Below, piece after piece: positions 12,565 to 22,617 of a stretch of 64,000 nucleotides of DNA; positions within the stretch are counted from its first letter, which is position 1; each line of letters starts with the position of its first letter. The notes under the pieces are model-generated. The model saw only the letters and a program-made list of their open reading frames with translations. It did no database searches and was not told the origin of the DNA. Origin of the DNA: Polymyxa betae A26-41 (taxonomy: Eukaryota; Protista; Endomyxa: Phytomyxea); assembly GCA_003693705.1 (NCBI GenBank), contig RBZT01000125.1, forward strand, positions 310,001 to 374,000. Reading direction: 5' to 3'. The position numbers and the translations under genes are program-made.

Positions 12565-12702
12565 TTCAAAAGTGAATTTTCCGTGATGACGGTTTGTGGT
12601 AGTTTAATGGCAGATTCTATCAGAAAAAAGTAACTTTATCGCTGACAATCCAAGTAGATATTATACCCAAAACATTTTATCATTGAAACTGTAATTTAAA
12701 CT

Positions 12703-13683
12703 TTACAAAGAGTGAGGAAATTTTTGAACTGCAGACAGAAGCTTCCATAAGTCAATAGAAAACGGCTCTAAATGTGCCCCGTATGCGTTGGATTCGCGCA
12801 ATTGATCAGTATTAACCATAATAAAGGGTAATTCGTCATCAGACCATGGACAGCAGGCCGTAAAACAGCTGGAATCCAGACGAGGCTCCAATAGCCTCAT
12901 CCGCACTTCTGACAGAATTGCAGGGAGATCTGCTAGTGTCTCAGAGTCGAGCGGCACCATGCCAAAGTCGACAGCGTCGTCAACGACAATCTGACCAGAA
13001 TGTGCACGGCGATATACGACCGCAATCGCAGAATATTCTGGGCAAGTTTGCTCATCCTGATTGGAGTCAGAACATTGGTGAACGTTGAAAATGTTGATTC
13101 CGATAGCAGCCACAAGGCTTCGACAACAGTCAAAATAACGTAGAAATCGATCATATGAGCCAGAGGGCGTGCGATTCTGAATTTCGACGTCAATAATCAG
13201 ACAGGGAGAGTTCGGACTTGCAGCTTTCCGATAAACGATGACGTCTGGTCGTAGAATGCAACCGGGTCCAATCACCTCAGCACATGTTAAAAGAGAGAAT
13301 TGTTCCTCAGAACACCACTCAATGAATTGCCTTGCTAATTCATGTATAACCTTCTGATGGGCTGTTCTTTGGACCTTGCTAACAAAGACGTCGCCGATCG
13401 TAGCTTCGGTTAACGAATCCGTGTTTAAAAAATCGACTTCTAGACAGACATTGGTCATAGGATTATTGGCATCTGTTTGTAGCCATCGCATCACGTTAAC
13501 GTCACGGGATACCAGAACGCGAACATTTCGCTCGCCGGAGCGAACGCGATCAAGAAATGCGGCCTCAGCCTGAAACAAATTCGACAAAGATATTGTCCGC
13601 GTTAACGGCACATGATGATCACAAAACAGCTTATGATCTGACTGAAAACGTTGCCCGACTGTGGTGTCGAGATTCACGACCAT
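12703..13683 (-). CDS. intronless PD-(D/E)XK / Uma2-like restriction-endonuclease-fold protein (CRN C-terminal type)
   Basis: 326 aa ORF with an AHQKVIHEL helix, RPDVIV, PCLIIDVEIQNRT, RYF and a terminal FSIDLWKL. This follows the Uma2 order H...PD...PxLxxEV. Confidence 0.6.
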   Translation of the reverse strand: MVVNLDTTVGQRFQSDHKLFCDHHVPLTRTISLSNLFQAEAAFLDRVRSGERNVRVLVSRDVNVMRWLQTDANNPMTNVCLEVDFLNTDSLTEATIGDVFVSKVQRTAHQKVIHELARQFIEWCSEEQFSLLTCAEVIGPGCILRPDVIVYRKAASPNSPCLIIDVEIQNRTPSGSYDRFLRYFDCCRSLVAAIGINIFNVHQCSDSNQDEQTCPEYSAIAVVYRRAHSGQIVVDDAVDFGMVPLDSETLADLPAILSEVRMRLLEPRLDSSCFTACCPWSDDELPFIMVNTDQLRESNAYGAHLEPFSIDLWKLLSAVQKFPHSL

Positions 13684-14299
13684 GGCCAGCAGGTCGGTAT
13701 GAGATGATCACCATAGACAACGAATGAAGATTCTCGAAGGGCGCATTGTCAACCCGGTCCAATAGTTACCACACAGGCGCAACCCTGGATCACTCTAAAG
13801 ACAGGACACGACATGCAACATTAAGTGTCATCACTGTCATGTCACGAATGGGGCTGCTGCTGCCATGCCATAGTCACGCCTACTAAAGACACCAAAGACA
13901 CTTGTCCTAGAATCTATCAAGCAATTCGATGGTCTCTGCCTAAAAGATCTATTATCGACGCTTGGCGCTGGGTCAGTCCAACAAACCTAACTAAGACAGA
14001 CTGGTGAAAGCTTTCGTTTTCTCGAGTGCAGCCCAACAATTGCAAAGGCTGAAATGCTGTCTACATCGGGTTCCACACCTTTCATCAGCATTCTTTGAAA
14101 CTAGCTTTCTGAGGCTATAGAATACGGTCTCGATTTCATAAAACATTATGGCTGAGAATGATATCATAATTCTGTCGGAACCGTTCTGACTGAAAAACCA
14201 ACCAAAGCTGAGCCAGGGGCTAGGGTCTAGGGTTCCCAACCTGACGCAGTCTTCGGCGCGCTCAGGTGGATTCTCGGGGCGTTTTGTGCCGCCGATGTC

Positions 14300-16921
14300 A
14301 TGACCAATCAGCTGCCCAGGCACAGCGGCGCCCCGTTCGATCCCTGGCTATCAACGCTCGATTTCGGTACCTGTTCCGGTCTGGAACTACCTTTCGATGG
14401 TCAGGTATTGAATAAGCAAGGTAACTCTATATTACTCTCGTAGCCATCTCTGACGATCTCCTCAATAGATGGGCTTCAGCTCAGGGTCACCACACCGCCC
14501 TTCATCGCCTACAATAACACCGAAATTGACCCACGTTTGCATGACGAACGACATCGATGGCCGGTCGACGGACCTGCATGGATGCTACCGATGAGCTGTG
14601 ATGCCGCCTATTCGTTCGCATGCAAGAAATATCCCTCGCTGGTATCATCCCTATCATGGATTTTGAACGGTGCTCTGACGGTCGGCAGGGCGTCCAGCGT
14701 GGTGCTCTGTACGACCTGTTCTTGGAGGACGCCGATCTGCTGCAACGGGAGCGTCGCAATTACAGCCATGGGAATGCATTTCGCCTGATTACGACGAAGA
14801 TGGTGAATGATTCGGGGTCTATGGAGGATGCCCTATTCGCTCTACATCCATCTGGGCCCTTTTTGAATGTTCTTCAACTGTCTCTGGTTGCGAATAACTT
14901 GACGGCTTCGTCTCCGAAATGCGAGCTCTTGGCTCAGGTTGGTCTCTCGAGTCTTAAGCGCCGTTTCTCAAACATGTCATGTAGTCTGCCGTTGATATAT
15001 CTTCGACAATACTGGATATCTCACCACCGACCCGCCATTACAATCGATGCGATCGCCTGATCGCCCTCACGACTACCTCACAGTTTGTCTTCTTCGTCCG
15101 ATTACGAACAGAAGCGTGCCGGAATCCGCAGATCGAACTCCTTCATCGAGTCAGTGTCGGCGCCCAGCCAGTACGACCACTGCCGTCATTTCGAAATCTG
15201 TCATCTGATTCGTGATTCGTAGTTCCCGACCATTTGTAATCCATTGATTATGCACGAATGCTCTCTGATCTCTGATGACGGTAATATCACCATCTACGAT
15301 GCATCGACCTGCACGGAATCATTCGCCGGCGTTGTTGATGCGTCGGAATCGGCCTGGCTGCGTCAAGCGTACACCGCCCATCCCCGAATCCTGCACGTCG
15401 CCTCTCGCAGAAAGCTTCGCCGTCTTGATTTGCGAACTGGCACGTTCATGAACGATGTCTGTGTTTCTTTGTTATTGTATTCGCAACGAATAAGGACTGT
15501 TAGGTTGGCGACAGTCTCGTGTATCATCACGATCCATCGGTTGTTATCACAGCGTTCAGCAACGACCTGCAGGATCCGTTCTCGTTCGTCATCGCTAACT
15601 GGGATCACCTGTCGTTGTTCGATGAACGCTATACGGCTCGGCCGGTTATACGCTGGCAACATCATCGGCCGAAGCGACCCATCGCCCATATTGAGATATC
15701 AACACACAACAGTAAGTCTGCTACGATTAGTTGATACAAGACTGAGATAGGCTCGTTTTAGAAAACTGTAAGACGATGGCGACGTTCAGTCACGACTCCA
15801 GCCAGATCGATGTCTATCGATATTCCCAGGCTGACGATGGATCAACTACGTCGTTGAGCTCACCGCAACAGATCGATATCATCAGAGATGCTCAGCTTCG
15901 CGGAATCGCATTCCATTCATTATCCGATATTTCACGCTGCTATCGCCTTACCGAACTAGGTTTATCAAACAATCGATGTCGAGGCTATCGCTCTAAAAGT
16001 CTTGCAGGAACTGTGTTCTACTCTGAATATGGACTTGCTGATGACACCATCAATTACGGTGAACCTTGCCCATCTTTTGCATCACACGATCCGCTTGCTC
16101 TGTTATCCAGATCTAGTTTAACTCCCTATGAGTTCATTGACTTCACCAAACCCATCCAGGAAATTATCGAATTGAACAGATCCACTGGGTCTGCTTGCAG
16201 CTACGCTTTCTGATGATTCTTATACTGACCTTGTTACAGAGACGACAAGACGCCGATGTTGGGTGAGAAAGAGCTTGCCGAGTTCATGGCTGAGCATCAT
16301 GAGCAGATCATGGAATATATCAGTGAATGGCGATTGTTCTCGGAGCTCTATCGCTATCTGCGATCTGAGCTGACTATGCCAGCCGTTTCGAGGTCATTAG
16401 ATGTTTATAATGCTGTCAATGATATTGCCGAGCGGTTCTGTTGGGCATCGCGATTGATCCCTGGAATGAGCGACCAAGAAGCGAATTCAACCCAGCAGCC
16501 AAGAATAGCCCCTCGCGACTTCTCGCCGTTGTGCACCTGTTCGTTGAATTCGGTTTCGGATTGTCAGCCGTCACCCGACTGCCTCTATCCTGATCTCTGT
16601 CAAGCTCTGCTTCGCTCTGCTATCTGCATGAAGAACCAGATTTTGTCGTTGGATCTAGAGAGCACCTGGGTCCAATCTAAATCTAATTATCTTCGTACCG
16701 GCCGAAACAGCAAGAAATCGGTGGATCTTTCTACTGATCTTGATGCACTCTTGTCGCTTCTGAACTCTAGTGCCAATGATGAAGCTCCTGAAGAAATCCA
16801 GGTGGTAAAGGCACCTGCTGATGTTGAGGATGAGTTCTCGGTGGTGGAGATATTCGAATCGTTAAAACAGTCTTGGGAAGACTTAACGCAATCCGATATG
16901 ACAAATGATGAGATTCGATAA
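14300..16921 (+). CDS. RNA polymerase I core factor subunit TAF1C/Rrn6-like
   Basis: Multi-exon beta-propeller-like protein with HGNAFRL...LFALHPSG, RRLDLRT and LSLFDERYTARPVIRWQH, which fits the L-x-D-x-R-x3-P-x3-W-x-H motif I recall for TAF1C/Rrn6. Helical C-terminus. Confidence 0.6.
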
Positions 16922-16959
16922 AGTCAGACAGATACTTCAATTAATTGAATGTAACTTGA

Positions 16960-17880
16960 CTCTTATTTCGTGGCAATCCAGATTGATTTTAAAGTTCCAT
17001 CCGGGAATAGCTTGTAATTGTCACTTATGTGGACTATGGCATCTGGCCAATATCACACTCCTGCCTATATCACCATGAAAGCTTCAGGTGGCAGCCGTCG
17101 ATGGACTGGATAATAAAGCACAGTGTTTCTGACGAATCGATTCAGGTTGATGAAAGCTAATATGGCATCATGGCCATCAGCAATGTATCGAACAGCTTGC
17201 GGACAGTAATAAGGCCAATGCACTGGTTTAAAGATCTTTGATATTCAATATCATTATAAACTCAGAATCATTCAAATTCGCCAAACGATTTCTAACACCA
17301 GACTTTGGAAGTGGTTGGCCTTTCGGAAAGCAATAAACATTTAGAATACATTTTGAGCCCGAATCAAACCATCCTTATCGTCCATTGTCATTGTCAACAC
17401 AGGGAAATCTGAACAGTGCATAAATTAAGCTTGGCTAATATCCAGCTCAGCTTGGGCAGTCTGTACGTATCAATGCATGTACAGTCAATCATCTTATGCC
17501 AAAAGAGATCAACCGAAACTCAGTGCATGAATTCGCTCTCTTTTAATCAGCCTTGATTGCATGCAACGTGATGAAGCATGGGGGTGAGAGCATTATAAAT
17601 GGCTTTTCTGATAATGGCACAGCCTATCAGCCCGACTTCTTACTAATCATGCCGACTCGCAAACGAGGGATAATCAGGCGCTCTCGAATAATGTATATGC
17701 ACGAACTTCCAGAGAGCCGCATAATAGTAGTGATTGAACGAATTGAAGGGCTATTATCAAAGGCGATGACAATTCCAATTCTCTACCTGAACGCATATCG
17801 TTAACAAGCCACACGATCAATTGAGGGATCACCAGAAGCAGACAAATTACCATTTTTCTCATCAAGATAAGCTGAATCAT
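16960..17880 (-). mobile_element. decayed Mutator/MULE-like transposase remnant (tentative)
   Basis: A stop-riddled frame contains CFIIQSIDGCHLK (IDGCHLK at 17082-17102), resembling the first catalytic-Asp motif of MULE DDE transposases. YRLPKLSWILAKLN lies upstream. No TIRs seen. Confidence 0.35.
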
Positions 17881-17892
17881 TTAATCTAAAAA

Positions 17893-18795
17893 TTACTGAC
17901 AAACAACGTCATTAGCGTACGCCGCAATACGATCTAGTTCAATAGAAGCCGATCCCGAAACATCCACGCATGGCATAAAGGGCGAATCGGGTCCAGATTT
18001 CGAGCGAACAGACTCAAAATCTGGCAAAGCTGGAATGGCAATTGAAAAGCGAACTTTCTTCCGGCCGGCGGATCCTTGTTTCTGGGCCATGCAAGGCCGC
18101 AAGGTCGGCGGCGTGCAGCTCACAGCCTCCTTATCGCTTGATCTCAGCCTTGCACATTCAATTTGATCCGAAAGCAGCTGGATATCGACCGGATCAAAAA
18201 CGTCTTGGTGGTCGAGGTAGACAGCCCGTACGCGCTCGCATGCAACAATGCAGTTCTGGAGTTGAACACGGCCAACATATGTGGCACGCAGGGCCGCGTC
18301 CAACTGTGTTAGAGCATACGCATACGATTTCGAGAAAACGATTGCAAATTGTAATCGCAAGCGATCCAGCAGATAAGTATTGAATGGGACCATGGCTAAT
18401 GCTTTCACGAACAGGTCTTCGACGTTAGCAAGCGTGGCATCGTCAGCAAAACCTTGGCTAAAAGTCTGGTTCTTGAGAAATTCAGCCACAGCAAGCTCGT
18501 GTAGAACAATTCGATGTGATTTTGAAGCGCACGTCGTGCAGACCCGTTGGATTTCGTCCTCTGGGTAGTCTAGCTGGGGAAGATAGGCTTCATAGGGCGA
18601 ACAGTGCCCGCAAACAACGTCACCGCACGATCTGCAATGATGGCGGCTGCAGCCCATGCCGAACATGGCATCACAACGAGAGCAGCTGGGACCATCGCGC
18701 TCCCAGACCACGATCGACGCCGTCACCGAATGCTTCTGGAAACAACGTTAAGTAGCGGCCAGAGGCGAGCCAAGGGCCGTATTTACTTGTCCCAT
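17893..18795 (-). CDS. FYVE-domain protein with predicted N-myristoylation and a PP1-docking motif
   Basis: Exon 1 (18795-18787, ATG GGA CAA) and intron 18786-18736 give MGQKHSVTASIVVWERD. FYVE: WERD..CSRC..F..SRHHCRSCGDVVCGHCS..RVCTTC. C-terminal KKVRF. Confidence 0.85.
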
Positions 18796-19645
18796 TGGTA
18801 TGCTATCAGATCAGAAGCCCCAGAGCGATGCAGCAGCACACAGGCAGCAGGAGCAGCTTCCGCAACTGATGTCCGGACCCGTAACGGCGTAACCGCTTCC
18901 AGAAAGCCGCAGCGAAGGTCCGCAGCTGTGAGAGAAAAAAACCGATGGATTTGGTGTTCGATGACACGATGTATTGAACTGTGAGCCGAGTGCCGAATCA
19001 GCGACGGTGACGGTGACGCGGGTGGCCGATCGTCGTTTTACCACGAATTATATTCTGGAAGCATGAACAACAATACTCCCGATATTCAATTGTCCGGGGA
19101 CGCTCTGTACGCGGATTGATCGTCACCGGCCGATGCGATTGTGATTAAACGATCTGCCCGGTCGCGATCAGTCCATGGACACGAATATACTGTAGGCAAT
19201 ATATAGCGTCAGTTGTTCGAGTACAAGGAAGGCGAACTGGATGCGTGCTGGTGCCATCAGCACCGTACCTGAGCGGTCGCCTAGGGAGGTCTGACCAAGT
19301 CACAGATGGGCAGACGCCATTCGATTGTCTCTTCTAGCTGGGCTGCAACGTTGGCAGTTCAGTAAGGTAAATGATGACAATGTAGAGAAAGCCTTTAGAG
19401 TGGAGGCCACGTCATTAGCCAGCCTAGAGGAGGCCCCGTTTTGAAACGTTTCCACAGAATCATCTCGTTCTCTATTCGCTCTCCTTTCAAACGTAATATC
19501 TATATACTACTTGTTCTCAACGATTCGCTCAGAATGATGTAATGTTTCAAGCTCCATTGTCGTTATGCAAGGATGAAAGGTGACAGAATAGGCGATCGTG
19601 TTGTTATATTTCCAGCTCTAGCTTTATTCACAGTTGAAATCAGCT

Positions 19646-20551
19646 TTATGGCTTTTCAGTGGCTCGCAGCATGGTCACGCTGGGGACAATCGTTGTGGAC
19701 TTTGTCTCAGTTCCATCGCTACTCAAGAAATACAACTCATGGCCAACATATGTTTCTACAACCGACTTCGTGTTTGGTGCCAAGTCGCCGAGAACATGGC
19801 TGGCGCCGTCGTCATCACGCCACATCAGCTTTACGTGGCCTGAGGTCTGATTCTCGATTGCAACCATCACCGGATGGTCTTCAGCATCGACGACTTGTCG
19901 GGTTCGATATATAGCTGCATCAAGACGGATTGTGAACTGGCCAATAACTTCGTGCGTTTCAGCACTTGAAATGGTGAACACGTGGTCGACGAACGTCTTT
20001 AGGTCGAATTGTTCGTTCGATTGTAGCTGGCTCATCTCGATGGAAGTGCCTTCGAAATCAATCCAGGATATGACGACAGGCTCGTCTTCGTCGTTGATGA
20101 ACGCGACCACTTGTTCTTGTCCGCCAGATCGTGATGAGACAAAGGCTTCTTCTGGTCCATCACCGACCACAATTGTGGCGCCTTTGTTAACCTGCTCAAG
20201 GGCAAAGTAACTTTCGCGGTGTCGAACGAAGCATTGATTTTCTCCTTCGGGGAACAGGCGAACGCGGTCGTTCGGGCCCAAATTTGCCAGAAGTTTCTCA
20301 TCTCCATCACGACTGACTTCGTAAACAGAGATATTGTCTGGATAACGATTCACGATCATCACTGTGTTGCTTGAACTGAAGCCACGGTGAGGCATCAAAA
20401 AATAGAGTGGACCAGCGAAGCTCATGACTAGGACAACGTTGACAAGCGTATAGATCAAGACATTTTTGCATCTGGATCGTCGCGGAACATCGACAGCAGT
20501 ATCGACGTCGTGTTCATCAGCGATTAAAGGGACGTACGAGGAAGAATCCAT
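19646..20551 (-). CDS. type II membrane protein with three tandem VHL-beta-like domains
   Basis: Intronless 301 aa ORF: cytosolic YVPL, one TM helix (VLIYTLVNVVLVMSFAGPLYFL), then three repeats of F/I-x-N...V-x3-W-x-D-x2-G...L-x-P...T-Y/F-x2-H. Confidence 0.75.
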   Translation of the reverse strand: MDSSSYVPLIADEHDVDTAVDVPRRSRCKNVLIYTLVNVVLVMSFAGPLYFLMPHRGFSSSNTVMIVNRYPDNISVYEVSRDGDEKLLANLGPNDRVRLFPEGENQCFVRHRESYFALEQVNKGATIVVGDGPEEAFVSSRSGGQEQVVAFINDEDEPVVISWIDFEGTSIEMSQLQSNEQFDLKTFVDHVFTISSAETHEVIGQFTIRLDAAIYRTRQVVDAEDHPVMVAIENQTSGHVKLMWRDDDGASHVLGDLAPNTKSVVETYVGHELYFLSSDGTETKSTTIVPSVTMLRATEKP

Positions 20552-22617
20552 TTCTTGATCACTGGTTTTTTCGTTCCTTAAGAACTGGGCAGTTTTGGGT
20601 TTGAATGATAGGATTTGATTATGACCAGAGCGAAAGCATGCTTGTCCTCCAAGTTTTGGCCAACGGCAGCTCGGAACCGGAATTTCAGTTCAATAGCCGT
20701 CGGAAGGTGACTCATGAGAGCAACAAGCATGTAATATCTGATTAAACAGGCACGCTGCATACACGCTCTGCATGTGAAAATACCTTGATGACTTTCTTTC
20801 ATGAGAAGATGATCGATTAAAGTAAGCTATAGTATTAGGGTACTGAATGGTTATCAAGTTGACAGTTTTCGAATGCGATGAGAAATCTTTGGAACAGTTT
20901 TGAAGATATTCGTTGGCAAAGAAGGCAGGCTGCAGAATAGATTCGCTTAACGGTACCATGTAAAGCGATCGGTTGCTTTGGCAGATGTACATTGGGCCAT
21001 GGCGTGAATACCGTCTTGCTGAAATCCTGCAGCAAGCGGAGAGAACTCAACTGGTTAGTCAGCAATAATTAGCGTTGACCGTTGATAAAGAATATTAGGG
21101 CCTTCTAGAGCAGCAAAGGCGATCGAATTCGACGCCACGCGCCATCGAATCTACAGACACTATCAATACACTGAGGAGCGAACGTGCGAGCCAATGTAAG
21201 CCACGAAGCAAGAGAAAAAGGTCGAGCAGCGCCAGGCGTGAGCACTTAGAGAAGATTCGTCGAGCTTATCTCAGCCATTATGGAGCAGGTGCACTGAAAG
21301 GAAGATTGGCTTAGTTTTCGCAACTGAATTGTGGTCTGTTTAGAGCAAAGTGCAACATTACATGCCAATCAGCCGAATGTAAACGATTACCATGATGACG
21401 CTAGCTCGGTCGACTCTGAACGAGAGGCGCTATTGTCCTGGGTTGGGAGTCTCGATTTTGATGCAATTGGTATCGAGGATATTTATAAATAAAAACGACA
21501 TGATTGTCAATATGTTTTCATCTGTCGATGCAGAGTATGTTGCTGTACCTAGTCAAAGAAACCCATTGAAGATAAAAGGCTCAAATTCACAATTAAACTT
21601 CATTACGTTTCAAAAAGCCCTTTGCGTCCTTCACTGTACCAGGGCAGATTCTGATTACGTGAAAGCAGTTGGCGATGGCGTCAGCTATCATACACAACTA
21701 TTTGACCGAGCGAGGACGCTCATCCCACCAGTCTGTCTCATAGAACGGGCATAGATGATTTGCATGGCACTATATATTCTCTGGCAAGGAAATTCGCCCC
21801 TATCCAAACCAGAGAGAGACATTCTCGCTTTATAATAGAAAGTCGCTGCTTCGAGTATCGGGGCAGAAATTGCAATTACGTATCGTTTGCAACCGTTTGA
21901 AAAGAATGCAACCGAGGTCGTCAAGATCCGTAAACTGTTATTGAACGCGCGATGAGAATTTATTTCCCACTCGTAACTGTTAAGAATAGTTTCAAAAAGG
22001 TGTCGACTCTATACTCTTTCAGTTTTTCTAGCGATAGTAAGTACAGCAATCGGTAAACGGATTTGACAGCATAAAATGTAAATCTCGAAGATACAAACAT
22101 TTGTTTCCATTCATTTGAAAATAGACCATTCTTAATTGCTTAACCCTGTCAGAGACCATTCGTAGTCGAGCAATCAAATGCGATTTGTTCACGTTTGTTG
22201 TGAGTGACGTTTGTTGTGATTGACAACTCACTACAAACGTGAACGCCCGATGGCCGACTGCAAAATTGTTACAAATTATCGTTCATTGGTAATGTACTAA
22301 ACGCTGGATCGACGGGACTGAACCAGCCAAGCCATTCAAGTGCCGGAAAGATAAAGTCGATCATCGCTTGTACAAGTGTTCTATCGCACCTTGATTTCTT
22401 TTTTCTTGCAAAAATTGTGTTTAAAATGCCAAAATGAAACTTTATGGCGCGTTTTTCGACTGAATTAAGGGTTGCGCCGTGAGGAGAGCTTCGTACCTAA
22501 ATTGTCTCTTTTTCAAAGAGAGAACCTCGAAATTGTCGCAGGGTGTAGTTTGGGGTGAGAGAGGTCCCTCATTGGTGGCAAATCTTGGCATCAGTGGTTC
22601 GATTCATTTGCTAGCTC

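Noticed and set aside
14218-14236. CTAGGG repeats, and (AACCCC)n at ~32420, as telomeric sequence
   Set aside because: Only 2-4 internal copies. The second set encodes PNPNPNP. There is no sign of a chromosome end.
14330-14350. GTTCGATCCC B-box-like word
   Set aside because: It lies in the first coding exon of the TAF1C-like gene and has no tRNA stems around it.
19280-19560. GGGAGGTCTGA resembling the RNase P RNA CR-I region
   Set aside because: The match is imperfect and I found no complementary CR-V/P4 partner downstream.
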